Source: a virus. Taken from it: a DNA stretch of 38,393 nucleotides. Positions 16,804 through 24,810 of this stretch are shown one piece after another; positions within the stretch are counted from its first letter, which is position 1; each line of letters begins with the position of its first letter. The stretch lies in the IMG/VR virus record IMGVR_UViG_3300037509_000021, positions 1 to 38,393 of that record, one strand, 5' to 3'. The notes beneath the pieces were generated by a model that was given only the letters and a program-made list of their open reading frames with translations, did not search any database and was not told the DNA's origin. A program made the translations under genes and the position numbers.

Positions 16804-17058
16804 TCATACGTCTTTCTTAGTGCGGATTTCTTCCAATACCTTCTCAATCAAGTCACCACGCCCTGCCGCTTCAACTTCAGCAAATAGACCACGGTTTATT
16901 TCTTTTATCGTTTCTTCTCGTACTAGGGAGATTATTTTGAAGCAGAAATCCTTGTGGCGGTCGTTGTGTTCCCTTCCGCGTGCGAAGGCCGACTCAGGAA
17001 ACTCCGCGTCAAACATTTCTACTACCCTCTCCCGCAACGTCTTAGGTGTTTCGGTCAT
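16804..17058 (-). CDS. Hypothetical early protein (84 aa)
   Basis: ATG ORF, helical and charged. Confidence 0.6.
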   Translation of the reverse strand: MTETPKTLRERVVEMFDAEFPESAFARGREHNDRHKDFCFKIISLVREETIKEINRGLFAEVEAAGRGDLIEKVLEEIRTKKDV

Positions 17059-17060
17059 GG

Positions 17061-17774
17061 TTAAAATGGGATGTCAGCTGGGTCAACTTCCTCTTCTGGG
17101 TACTTCATGTCTCCTCTGTTGTAGAGCGAATCCACTACCTCAGCAGGTTTCTGTGTCGAAACCTCGCCTGACTGGAACTTAGAGATAACATTCTCCTCGG
17201 CATACTTCACCAGGAACTCGTCACGTTGAATCTTGTAAATCTTCTGCTCCGATTCGCTTGAGTTGTCCCAGTCAATCGTAGGGTAGCCGTGTGTGTGCTC
17301 CTTCTTCACGGGATCAAAGAAGTAGTTCTCCACCTTTACCGTGAACTTGCCCTCGTCGTCCGCGTGGAAGATTGAGATGCCTGAGATCTCATCGTTGCGG
17401 TCCTCGGGAGTGAAGCGATACGGCATGATGCGGACTTCCTTGCTGAAGTCGATGGCGGGTAGTTTCTTAAGTACGTCACGGCCGTCCTTACTCTCCACAC
17501 CAAAGCTGAGTACTGGGTGCTTACCCTCATCGTTCTTGTCGAGCGTAATGACCAGACGCTTGCCGTACTCCGAGTGGGTTTCAACTGCCACATTCTCGAT
17601 AGTACCGAATAGGGCCTTCACCTCCCTCTCGTACACCACCCTCCCCTCGTTCGGACCTTTCTGAAGGATGCGGCTGATTGCTTCTGGATTATCCTCACTC
17701 ACGCGCGTACGAAACGCTCCGCTGTAGGTCTGGAAATACTGCTTATCTGTACTTGTTGTCTCCTCTCTGCTCAT
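17061..17774 (-). CDS. ssb: Single-stranded DNA-binding protein (T7 gp2.5-size) with bacterial-SSB-type C-terminal tip
   Basis: 237 aa. Acidic C-terminus ending EEEVDPADIPF (compare bacterial SSB ...DDDIPF). Located in the early replication/recombination context. Confidence 0.55.
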   Translation of the reverse strand: MSREETTSTDKQYFQTYSGAFRTRVSEDNPEAISRILQKGPNEGRVVYEREVKALFGTIENVAVETHSEYGKRLVITLDKNDEGKHPVLSFGVESKDGRDVLKKLPAIDFSKEVRIMPYRFTPEDRNDEISGISIFHADDEGKFTVKVENYFFDPVKKEHTHGYPTIDWDNSSESEQKIYKIQRDEFLVKYAEENVISKFQSGEVSTQKPAEVVDSLYNRGDMKYPEEEVDPADIPF

Positions 17775-17779
17775 ATTCT

Positions 17780-18055
17780 TTATTTGTTATTCCTCCTAAG
17801 TGATTTCTTCAGTGCGTCGATAGCGTACTGCTGCTCCCTGCTCATCTTGACCCACGTATCTACCTCTATTTTACCCTCTAGGCGGTAGGTATCGTAGGCT
17901 TTTGCGTACTCGGTTGGGGACAACCCAAGACCAGCCTTGAACTCGTCTACCAGCAGGTCGTGGGTGAAGCGGATTTGCTCAGGGTCAAGGTTTGCTTCCT
18001 CCTCTACCTCCACGAAGCCGTACTGGGTCGTAGGAATCCTGTATTTGACCTTCAT
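17780..18055 (-). CDS. Hypothetical early protein (91 aa)
   Basis: ATG ORF in the operon. Confidence 0.6.
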   Translation of the reverse strand: MKVKYRIPTTQYGFVEVEEEANLDPEQIRFTHDLLVDEFKAGLGLSPTEYAKAYDTYRLEGKIEVDTWVKMSREQQYAIDALKKSLRRNNK

Positions 18056-18058
18056 ACG

Positions 18059-18298
18059 CTAGCGACTACAGAACATCTGGTAATTCTCACAAGTCAGGAC
18101 TCGCTGATCCACCCAGAACGTGAGGCTGAACAGGGCGGCCAGGACCGCAAGGAACAGCCCCGCCTTCCACACCACCACGGGACGGTTCCAGAACTCCCGT
18201 CGTTTTCTTGCCCGCCTCTCAATCGTTCCTTCCAGGTCTACTAAGTTGACGTAATCCTTGTTTCCGCTTGGAAACTGGTAGTTAGTGTGCTTTCCCAT
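18059..18298 (-). CDS. Membrane protein (79 aa)
   Basis: ATG 18298 preferred over the TTG at 18340. TM segment VVVWKAGLFLAVLAALFSLTFWV. Confidence 0.5.
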   Translation of the reverse strand: MGKHTNYQFPSGNKDYVNLVDLEGTIERRARKRREFWNRPVVVWKAGLFLAVLAALFSLTFWVDQRVLTCENYQMFCSR

Positions 18299-18443
18299 GA
18301 ATCTCTTCGTGTAAGGTTTGTAATAACTCACGGATGTCAAGGAGCACCTCTAGCTGGAGCGTCCAGAACTCCGATATCACTGTTGCTGCGTTAAATCCGT
18401 TACGCTCGCGCCAGCCCTGCATTATTTTCTCTCTGGTTCTCAT
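18282..18443 (-). CDS. Hypothetical small protein (53 aa)
   Basis: ATGA overlap with the upstream ORF. MRTREKIMQGWRERNGFNAATVISEFWTLQLEVLLDIRELLQTLHEEIHGKAH. Confidence 0.4.
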   Translation of the reverse strand: MRTREKIMQGWRERNGFNAATVISEFWTLQLEVLLDIRELLQTLHEEIHGKAH

Positions 18444-18604
18444 ACAGTGATGTCTTTACCGAACGCGTGATAAGCGGCCCGCGTCCACGGCCTAAACTGC
18501 CAGACGTGCAGATGTTTCTGCGCGAACTCGTAAGGATCGCGCTGGTAGCGGGATCCCTCTTCGGCTTCCCTGTTGACCCGGCTCCAGAGCGCGTCCCAGG
18601 TCAT
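18440..18604 (-). CDS. Hypothetical small protein (54 aa)
   Basis: ATGA overlaps at both ends. Trp/Arg-rich. Confidence 0.4.
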   Translation of the reverse strand: MTWDALWSRVNREAEEGSRYQRDPYEFAQKHLHVWQFRPWTRAAYHAFGKDITV

Positions 18605-18948
18605 ACCTTGTCAACGTCTACGCCCTCGCATGACCAGCAGCCTTCGCGGAATTCAGGGTGAAAGGTGGTGCAGTCTTTTTCTTTGCCGCCCTCCCGAAAG
18701 CGCTTAAAGACTTCCTTTACCTGGGCTTTCGCTTCCAGCCAGCCGCTTTCGCGGTGTTGCTCGTCAGGACGGTAAGGTGAGCGAATGTCGAGCACCGCTT
18801 CCTCCACCGCGTCCAAGAACCTGTCTAGGGTTTCTTCAAGAAAGAGAGCAGCTTCCTCTTTCGTTCCGATACCGCCGCCGCCGAAGCGACCGAAACGGCT
18901 GTCCAATTCCTCCCGCGTTTCCCTCTTGAGGTCGTTTAGGTTCTTCAT
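18601..18948 (-). CDS. Hypothetical early protein (115 aa) with C-terminal Cys cluster
   Basis: ATG ORF. C-terminal CTTFHPEFREGCWSCEG. Confidence 0.6.
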   Translation of the reverse strand: MKNLNDLKRETREELDSRFGRFGGGGIGTKEEAALFLEETLDRFLDAVEEAVLDIRSPYRPDEQHRESGWLEAKAQVKEVFKRFREGGKEKDCTTFHPEFREGCWSCEGVDVDKV

Positions 18949-19211
18949 ACGTCAGCTTGGTTATGGCACTTGCAAGTGGAGAAGAACTGGCAGAAACCGC
19001 GCCCCTCTCCATTGTCTACCCAGCACCACTTACAGCGATTGCAGTTAGGATCTGGTGTCCCCTCCTCGTAGGAGGAGAGAAATCCTTCAAAGAAGGTGGC
19101 GGGGTTGCCGTCAAACGTCTCATTTACAAGCGACGACGCGAACTGGTCGACGAACTCTTCCCCCGTCATGAGGTATTTCTGCCCGTTGGTGTTCTCAATC
19201 GTTATTTTCAT
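18945..19211 (-). CDS. Cys-rich early protein (88 aa)
   Basis: CNRCKWCWVDNGEGRGFCQFFSTCKCH. Confidence 0.6.
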   Translation of the reverse strand: MKITIENTNGQKYLMTGEEFVDQFASSLVNETFDGNPATFFEGFLSSYEEGTPDPNCNRCKWCWVDNGEGRGFCQFFSTCKCHNQADV

Positions 19212-19312
19212 ACGCCGTAGTAGTAGCGGGTAAGAACGATCCCAACTGCGAGTGCAAGAACCGCTAGACTGAACACATCGAACGTGAAAGGCCCAAATTC
19301 AATTTTATTCAT
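19208..19312 (-). CDS. Single-TM micro-protein (34 aa)
   Basis: MNKIEFGPFTFDVFSLAVLALAVGIVLTRYYYGV. ATGA overlap with the next gene. Confidence 0.35.
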   Translation of the reverse strand: MNKIEFGPFTFDVFSLAVLALAVGIVLTRYYYGV

Positions 19313-19314
19313 AG

Positions 19315-19512
19315 TTATTTAGTTGTTTGTTTTTCGATTCTGGCCGCGAACACCCCAAGAGAAAGCATCACGATACTCTGGAGCTGAGGCGGTATGGTCT
19401 TGCCCTGATAGGACATGACGGCGGTCATTGTTACCGCGATAAGGAGGCAGATCCCGATGGTCCACACGAACAGCCGCTCTATGCTGAATGGTGTGTCCTT
19501 GAGGTTCTTCAC
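19315..19512 (-). CDS. Membrane protein (65 aa, two hydrophobic helices)
   Basis: LFVWTIGICLLIAVTMTAVM and IVMLSLGVFAA segments. Confidence 0.55.
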   Translation of the reverse strand: MKNLKDTPFSIERLFVWTIGICLLIAVTMTAVMSYQGKTIPPQLQSIVMLSLGVFAARIEKQTTK

Positions 19513-19529
19513 TCCTTAATTCTAGCATT

Positions 19530-19730
19530 CTAGTCATGGTAGTTGCGGTCATTATCGCGGGGGTCTTGATACCAGTTGAGGCGGGTGGGCTGATCCTCCC
19601 ACCAGGTCGGCTCAAGCGGCTTCAGGGGCGGCTGGACAATCGGTTCGTAGGTGTAGCCGGTCATTTCTGAGAGGGCGGCAGCTTCTACTGGGCTCATCGC
19701 GAAAGCGGGGTTCTGGTAGTAGGGAGTCAT
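19530..19730 (-). CDS. Hypothetical early protein (66 aa), Pro/Trp-rich
   Basis: ATG ORF. ATGA overlap with the upstream micro-ORF. Confidence 0.55.
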   Translation of the reverse strand: MTPYYQNPAFAMSPVEAAALSEMTGYTYEPIVQPPLKPLEPTWWEDQPTRLNWYQDPRDNDRNYHD

Positions 19731-19813
19731 GTTACTGCGGCGTAAGCTACGACCCAGAACGTGATAATGGCGACGACCGTGGCGAACTTGCCGAGTTCCT
19801 TGAGTGTTTCCAT
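19727..19813 (-). CDS. Single-TM micro-protein (28 aa)
   Basis: METLKELGKFATVVAIITFWVVAYAAVT. Confidence 0.3.
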   Translation of the reverse strand: METLKELGKFATVVAIITFWVVAYAAVT

Positions 19814-19816
19814 AGG

Positions 19817-20119
19817 TTAGTAGGACGCTTCGCCGCGATTAGGGTTAAGCTCGCTCGTTTCTCCCTCGACCTGGATCCCATTGAGAGGATTGTCTTTCTG
19901 TGCGAAGAAAACTGCCTCCACCTCGTTCTCGTCCAGATAGTCGTTCTGCGCGTTCAACAGGGCTTTGCGGAGGTACGTCGCTTCCAGAGTCGCGCCCAGC
20001 TCGTAGAGGTTGTCCACGATAGCCTGAGCGTTCTTCCAATCGGTTTCCGCGAGAAACTGATAGAAGTCTTCGCGCTGGGCCTCTAGAAACTCTTCGTTGT
20101 AAGTGTTTTCGTCTTTCAT
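19817..20119 (-). CDS. First early protein (100 aa), acidic
   Basis: ATG 20119 is preceded by AGAGGA 11 nt upstream (the track start at 20146 is TTG). Very acidic sequence. Confidence 0.6.
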   Translation of the reverse strand: MKDENTYNEEFLEAQREDFYQFLAETDWKNAQAIVDNLYELGATLEATYLRKALLNAQNDYLDENEVEAVFFAQKDNPLNGIQVEGETSELNPNRGEASY

Positions 20120-20246
20120 AGTGTTGTTTTTCCTCTGTGCGGCCAACTTCCCCTGGTTTCAGCCCGACCCGCCTTATGAGAAGGTCGGGTTTCGTTGTTG
20201 GTAGCAAGCCGCGCAAAGGACATAAGGCTTTTAATCGAACTTAGTC

Positions 20247-20291
20247 AGTATATACCCATGCGATATCGCCGTCAAGCTGGGGTGTGGATAA
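20247..20291 (-). promoter_or_regulatory. Leftward early promoter (sigma70-like) with upstream exact DnaA-box 9-mer
   Basis: Minus strand reads GTTATCCACACCCCAGC-TTGACG-N17-TATACT. Confidence 0.65.
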
Positions 20292-20309
20292 CTATGGATT
20301 ATGGCCTAT

Positions 20310-20338
20310 TTGCGATATCTATATCAGTATGCTAGGAT
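20310..20338 (+). promoter_or_regulatory. Rightward early promoter, divergent from the leftward one
   Basis: TTGCGA-N17-TAGGAT. The ATG of the RHH gene lies 8 nt after the -10, giving a near-leaderless mRNA. Confidence 0.5.
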
Positions 20339-20346
20339 TTGGCTAT

Positions 20347-20499
20347 ATGGAAATATTGCTTTGCCGCTTCCCCAGGGAGCAACGGGTGTGGATTAGGAAG
20401 GACGCCAAGAGGAAGAGAATTAGTGAGGCCGAGGTAGTGCGGGAGGCTGTCAGCCTGCTCATGCGATACGAAAACCACATAAAAGCCCAAGTGCGTTAA
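20347..20499 (+). CDS. Ribbon-helix-helix (CopG/Arc-like) transcriptional regulator
   Basis: 50 aa. MEILLCRFPREQRVWIRKDAKRKRISEAEVVREAVSLLM fits a beta-strand plus two-helix RHH pattern. First gene at the divergent control region. Confidence 0.6.
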   Translation: MEILLCRFPREQRVWIRKDAKRKRISEAEVVREAVSLLMRYENHIKAQVR

Positions 20500-20527
20500 T
20501 AGACGAACTAAGTAAGTTGAAATAGGT

Positions 20528-20668
20528 ATGGAGAAGATGATATGTGAGGTGTGTGAGGCCGCGCGGAAACCCTACACGTATTGTCGGTGGTGCGCGGGGT
20601 ATTCTTGCTATCAACATTCCCGTGCTGGAGTCTGTTTATCTTGCAGCCCTAAACTTGAGAGAGTATGA
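20528..20668 (+). CDS. Small zinc-finger protein (46 aa)
   Basis: MEKMICEVCEAARKPYTYCRWCAGYSCYQHSRAGVCLSCSPKLERV. ATGA overlap with recA. Confidence 0.45.
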   Translation: MEKMICEVCEAARKPYTYCRWCAGYSCYQHSRAGVCLSCSPKLERV

Positions 20669-21558
20669 CCATACCCAAAGCGTCATCGGTGGCGAAAGTG
20701 GAGGTGATACGGACAGACACCTTCCTTGATCGTTTGTCGGGTATTGGAGGCATCCCGAAGGGGAAGATAACGGAGGTGTGGGGCGATTCCGGGGTGGGTA
20801 AGTCGTCCGTATGTCTCCAGGCGGTTGCCGGGGCGCAGAGAGGCAAACAGAGGGTATTGTGGGCCGATGTGGAGTGGTACTACGACCCTGTGTATGCCGC
20901 GAAGATGGGCGTAAACAACGACCAGCTCGACCTTCTGCGTGACCCAAGTGCCGAGGAGATACTGAATGTGATTGAGAAGGAAGTTTCCGCAGGAAATTAT
21001 GATTTGGTATTTCTCGACTCGGTGGGGGCACTCCGCTCAGACCGCGAGGCTGAGAAGGAAGCGGGCCAAAAGACCATCGGTGTACAGGCGGGACTCCTCT
21101 CCCCCTTCCTGCGGCGCATAGTCTCGAAGCTCGTACTCAAGAACACCGCTCTCGTCGTAATCAATCACTCCTTCACGGACATCATGTCAGGGGCCATCAA
21201 GACCAGCGGAGGTAAGAAGCTCGAATATCACCGCAGTCTTTCCATCCGTCTCAAGCAGCGTACGGGAGCGAATGTCATCAAGCAGGGGGACAAGCGGGTG
21301 GGCACGGTCGTCGTCGGCCAAGTGAAGCGTAATAAGCTCGCAGGGAACGAAGGCATGGAGGTGGAGGCCAGTTTCATGTTTGATGTCGGGTTTGTGAGCG
21401 GGCTAGACGTGGTGCAGGAAGCTATCGACCGAGGCGTGCTTGAGCGGCAGGGCAACACGTACTGGATGGACGGAGAAAAGCTCGGAATGATTGGTAAAAT
21501 AAGGGAGATGGCGAAAGAAGAAGAGTTTGTGCAGCGACTCAAAACTAGACTCGTATGA
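20665..21558 (+). CDS. recA: RecA-family recombinase
   Basis: 297 aa, colinear with bacterial RecA. Walker A GDSGVGKSS, Walker B YDLVFLDSVGAL, TSGGKKLEYHRSLSIRL and VKRNKLAG motifs, C-terminal G..YW..GEK.G. Confidence 0.85.
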   Translation: MTIPKASSVAKVEVIRTDTFLDRLSGIGGIPKGKITEVWGDSGVGKSSVCLQAVAGAQRGKQRVLWADVEWYYDPVYAAKMGVNNDQLDLLRDPSAEEILNVIEKEVSAGNYDLVFLDSVGALRSDREAEKEAGQKTIGVQAGLLSPFLRRIVSKLVLKNTALVVINHSFTDIMSGAIKTSGGKKLEYHRSLSIRLKQRTGANVIKQGDKRVGTVVVGQVKRNKLAGNEGMEVEASFMFDVGFVSGLDVVQEAIDRGVLERQGNTYWMDGEKLGMIGKIREMAKEEEFVQRLKTRLV

Positions 21559-22085
21559 AGGTAAAAAGAAACACAGGTGGCTCCAAGACGTGTGCTGGAT
21601 GCTCGGTTGTCTTCAACAAGAAGCCAAAACATACTTACGTCCAGTGGGAGGGCTGCAAATACTGTTCCCAGGCTTGTTATAGCGAGTCCCGCATAGGTGT
21701 ATACGGCGCAGGTATAGGGCGGTGGAAAGGTGACAACGTTGGCTACGCTGGTATTCACCAGTGGCTCCTGAAACACTACGGAAGCCCTGACCACTGTGAG
21801 GGGTTACCCGACATGGATTGCAGAAATACTGGTGGGTACGAGTGGGCGGTTATTCATGAGAAGGGATACGAGAGGAAGAGGGAGAATTTTAGACGCCTAT
21901 GCGTTTCTTGTCATCGTCGCTATGACGCAGGGGTGCCTTGGAACAAAGGGGCCAAGAAAATGCGGCTCAAGATCTGCGAGTTTTGTGGGATAGATTTTAA
22001 CGCCGCCATAGATCGTAGACGTTACTGTTCGAATAGTTGCTCCGTGAAGTCTCGTTTTCAGGAGGGGATTAAGTCGATGTTATGA
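21555..22085 (+). CDS. HNH endonuclease with flanking zinc-ribbon motifs
   Basis: NFRRLCVSCHRRYD HNH signature. CAGC...CKYCSQAC and CEFC...YCSNSC motifs. Confidence 0.6.
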   Translation: MKVKRNTGGSKTCAGCSVVFNKKPKHTYVQWEGCKYCSQACYSESRIGVYGAGIGRWKGDNVGYAGIHQWLLKHYGSPDHCEGLPDMDCRNTGGYEWAVIHEKGYERKRENFRRLCVSCHRRYDAGVPWNKGAKKMRLKICEFCGIDFNAAIDRRRYCSNSCSVKSRFQEGIKSML

Positions 22086-22321
22086 GTCGACCGAGGAAGC
22101 CAGGAAACGTGTACTATTACGACCGCTACACGAACGGCGAGCCTCCCCCTAAGTGGGACTTCGACGCCAAAAAATACCACCGGGAGTATCAGAAAAGCGC
22201 GAGGGCAAGAGAGACGCGTAGGAAGTGGCTTGAAGCTCATCCACACTACAAACGCGACAAGAACAGGCAGTATAGGTTCAAGAACGAGCGCGACACGGGG
22301 TTTATTTCTTGGTGGCCATGA
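22082..22321 (+). CDS. Basic hypothetical protein (79 aa)
   Basis: ATGA-coupled ORF. Lys/Arg/Tyr-rich. Confidence 0.55.
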   Translation: MSRPRKPGNVYYYDRYTNGEPPPKWDFDAKKYHREYQKSARARETRRKWLEAHPHYKRDKNRQYRFKNERDTGFISWWP

Positions 22322-22473
22322 CTCTTGACCCCCGCTTCAGGAAGTGCGACCGATGCGAAGTGGAAACGAAGCCCCCGGCGGCAGGCGTGTACTACAGAAA
22401 CGACGACCTCTGGCTCTGTCTACGATGTCCCAAAAAGGAAAGAGACCTCGCGCAAAGGTCTCTTCCTGTGTAG
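22318..22473 (+). CDS. Small zinc-ribbon protein (51 aa)
   Basis: MTLDPRFRKCDRCEVETKPPAAGVYYRNDDLWLCLRCPKKERDLAQRSLPV. ATGA overlap with the upstream stop. Confidence 0.45.
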   Translation: MTLDPRFRKCDRCEVETKPPAAGVYYRNDDLWLCLRCPKKERDLAQRSLPV

Positions 22474-22575
22474 CTACGGGACCCCCTGGTGGTTGCTCAA
22501 GCACAGCTTGGCGGAGCGGGGTAACTGTGGCCTACTTCAACACATAAGACGTGTACCGTCTATGAAGATTACAGG

Positions 22576-22619
22576 TTATCCACACCCCAAAGTTTCCATC
22601 AGAAACCGCGTGCTAGTAT
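22576..22619 (+). promoter_or_regulatory. Candidate promoter for the replication module
   Basis: Exact TTATCCACA at 22576..22584. TAGTAT at 22614..22619, 36 nt after the A of ATCC. Confidence 0.4.
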
Positions 22620-22707
22620 CTGAAGTATGAGCCGGACAGCCTCATTACTACTAAAGACGACTTCACTCCCTGTCCGGCGGTGGGGTCGTCTTTAATGCTA
22701 GTGAGGT

Positions 22708-23007
22708 ATGACAACTCAGCTTTTTATCGAAAAGGCCATAGAGGGAGGCTGGAAGCCTTTCTATGCAAGGGATAGCGAATGGGAGCCCTCTTACCAGAAG
22801 GCGTACTACATTTCCAAGTACCATGTGCACTCAACACTTCTTGATCACGAAGCCTGGAAAGCTGTGGGGAAGGTGGAGGGGTGGGGCGAACAAGGCTCGA
22901 TAGAACAGGTGATAGGTGAGAATCCCTCCTGGCGAGACGCGATGCACCGCATGATAGACGCCCTGGCAGAAGGAAAGACGATTGAACAGTACCTAGAAAC
23001 GCTATGA
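22708..23007 (+). CDS. Hypothetical protein (99 aa)
   Basis: ATG ORF with a 4-nt overlap with the next gene. Confidence 0.6.
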   Translation: MTTQLFIEKAIEGGWKPFYARDSEWEPSYQKAYYISKYHVHSTLLDHEAWKAVGKVEGWGEQGSIEQVIGENPSWRDAMHRMIDALAEGKTIEQYLETL

Positions 23008-23675
23008 ACGGGGAACAACCAAACTACTACGCGATCATTCCGGCAACCGTCAGGTACGCGGACATAACCCCCAACGCCAAACTCCTGTACGGGGAGATAA
23101 CGGCTCTCTGCTCAAAGGAAGGTTTCTGCTGGGCTTCAAACGAATACTTCGCGAAACTCTATTCTGCCTCCGAGAGGTCAGTTTCGCGGTGGGTTACTGA
23201 ACTCGTAGAGTTGGGGGTCTTACGGCTGGTAATGGTAGGTAAAAATAGCCGGAAACTTTATCTTGAAGGACAAAAACGTCTATCACTGATAGACAAAAAT
23301 GTCGTGCCTGATAGACAAAAACTTCTACATAGTATTACAGATACTAATACATATAACTTGAGCGTCGCTTCCGCTCCGCTGGAGATAGTTTCCGATTCAG
23401 AGGAATCCACGCGCCCTGCGAAAGCCCCGAAGTACCCGAACGCGCGGACGGCTTTCTCCTGGTTCAGGAAACAGCAGCCGAGCTGGAACATCAATACCAC
23501 GGAACTCAAGCACGGGGAGCTCCTTTTCCAGCGGGGGGAAGAGAAGGTCAAATCCATGCTCGACTTCATCCGCGAGTACCAGGATGAGGACTTCTTCCCG
23601 AGCGTCACCAAGCCCAGCGATCTTGAACGCAAGTGGAACGACCTCGCTAAGAAGCGTAAGAAGATGGGGGTATGA
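23004..23675 (+). CDS. Replication initiator (winged-helix, DnaD / lambda-O-like)
   Basis: The N-terminal YYAIIPATVRYADITPNAKLLYGEITALCSKEGFCWASNEYFAKLYSASERSVSRWVTELVELGVL HTH is typical of phage replication proteins. The gene contains iterons and is followed by the helicase. Confidence 0.6.
   Translation: MNGEQPNYYAIIPATVRYADITPNAKLLYGEITALCSKEGFCWASNEYFAKLYSASERSVSRWVTELVELGVLRLVMVGKNSRKLYLEGQKRLSLIDKNVVPDRQKLLHSITDTNTYNLSVASAPLEIVSDSEESTRPAKAPKYPNARTAFSWFRKQQPSWNINTTELKHGELLFQRGEEKVKSMLDFIREYQDEDFFPSVTKPSDLERKWNDLAKKRKKMGV
23269..23321. repeat. Iteron cluster (candidate origin of replication) inside the initiator gene
   Basis: TGATAGACAAAAA at 23287..23299 and 23309..23321 (22-bp phasing). 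A partial GACAAAAAC at 23269..23277. Palindrome GTCTATCACTGATAGAC at 23278..23294. An AT-rich tract follows at 23322..23362. Confidence 0.55.
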
Positions 23676-24619
23676 GCGCACAAGAGATAATCAAGCGTAT
23701 CCAAGCGGAGCGCAAAGACGTGCAAAAAGAGCTCTACGATGCCGAGGGTTTGGTCCGACTCCAGGAGGTGATGGGCAGGTACGACGGTGAGTACCGCCTC
23801 GTTGACTCAAAAACCATCCAGGAGCGGCTTTTGGAGGCTCCCCCGCCCAAGGGTCACATGACGGGTATAAATCGCTTAGACGAGCTTACAGGGGGCTTCA
23901 GGGAGCAGCAGGTAATTTCCATCGCAGCGCACTCCAAGCACGGCAAGAGCCAGATGGGGATGTTCCTCATGGAAACCCTTGCCGACCTCAACCCCGTGAT
24001 GATTCCGATCGAGCAGACGGCCGAGGAGCTTATCTCACAGCGCATGGAGCGCGGGTACTCAATCCCCTACTTCCTGAGCCCTGAGAGGCTCGCTGATTTC
24101 GTAACGACTGAGTGGATAGAAGAGCGCATGGTCGAGGGTATCGCCAAGTACAATAGCCGCCTCGTCGTGATTGACCACCTGGGGTACATCAACAACAAAG
24201 GCGAGAACTACAAGAACGAGAACCTGGCCTACCGCATCGGCATGGTCATGAAGGAGCTCAAGAACATGGCGAAGAAGTGGAATGTCGTGGTCATGCTCCT
24301 GGTCCATATCTCGCAGTCCGACGAGGGGAAGCCGCCCCAGCTCATCGACATCGGCAACTCCTCCGACATCCTGAAGGAGTCCGACACGGTGATACTCCTC
24401 TGGCGCAAGAATAGCCTCAAGAAAAAGATACGGGTCTTCGACTCCGAAAACCGCACTCTCCTCAACGTTGCCGCTAACCGCCGTTTCGGAAAGAACGGCA
24501 ACGTGGGCCTCAAATTCAACACCCAGAATGGCCGCTACGAAGCAGAGCAGAGCTGGGTGGACTCGATGGAGGACAGCGCTACACGGGAAGCGGAGATGGA
24601 CGACGAGTTCGAGCTATGA
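23672..24619 (+). CDS. DnaB-like replicative helicase (RecA-fold C-terminal domain type)
   Basis: 315 aa. GINRLDELTGGF, Walker A AAHSKHGKS, Walker B LVVIDHLGYI, VVMLLVHISQ. Confidence 0.75.
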   Translation: MSAQEIIKRIQAERKDVQKELYDAEGLVRLQEVMGRYDGEYRLVDSKTIQERLLEAPPPKGHMTGINRLDELTGGFREQQVISIAAHSKHGKSQMGMFLMETLADLNPVMIPIEQTAEELISQRMERGYSIPYFLSPERLADFVTTEWIEERMVEGIAKYNSRLVVIDHLGYINNKGENYKNENLAYRIGMVMKELKNMAKKWNVVVMLLVHISQSDEGKPPQLIDIGNSSDILKESDTVILLWRKNSLKKKIRVFDSENRTLLNVAANRRFGKNGNVGLKFNTQNGRYEAEQSWVDSMEDSATREAEMDDEFEL

Positions 24620-24810
24620 TCTGTTCCCCCTCCCGTCTCGAAGACCAGAGAATCCGCATGATGATGCTGGAAGTCATGGAGATAAGCCTGCGCCACGGGG
24701 ATGTGGATAACGCCCGAAGTATCGGCGAGTCGTCTGCTAAGCTTAAGAGACGGATAGATACGCACGATTACAAGGTAGAGGATAAATGGCACGGAATATG
24801 CAGCAAGTAG
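24616..24810 (+). CDS. Hypothetical protein (64 aa)
   Basis: ATGA-coupled ORF. Confidence 0.5.
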   Translation: MICSPSRLEDQRIRMMMLEVMEISLRHGDVDNARSIGESSAKLKRRIDTHDYKVEDKWHGICSK

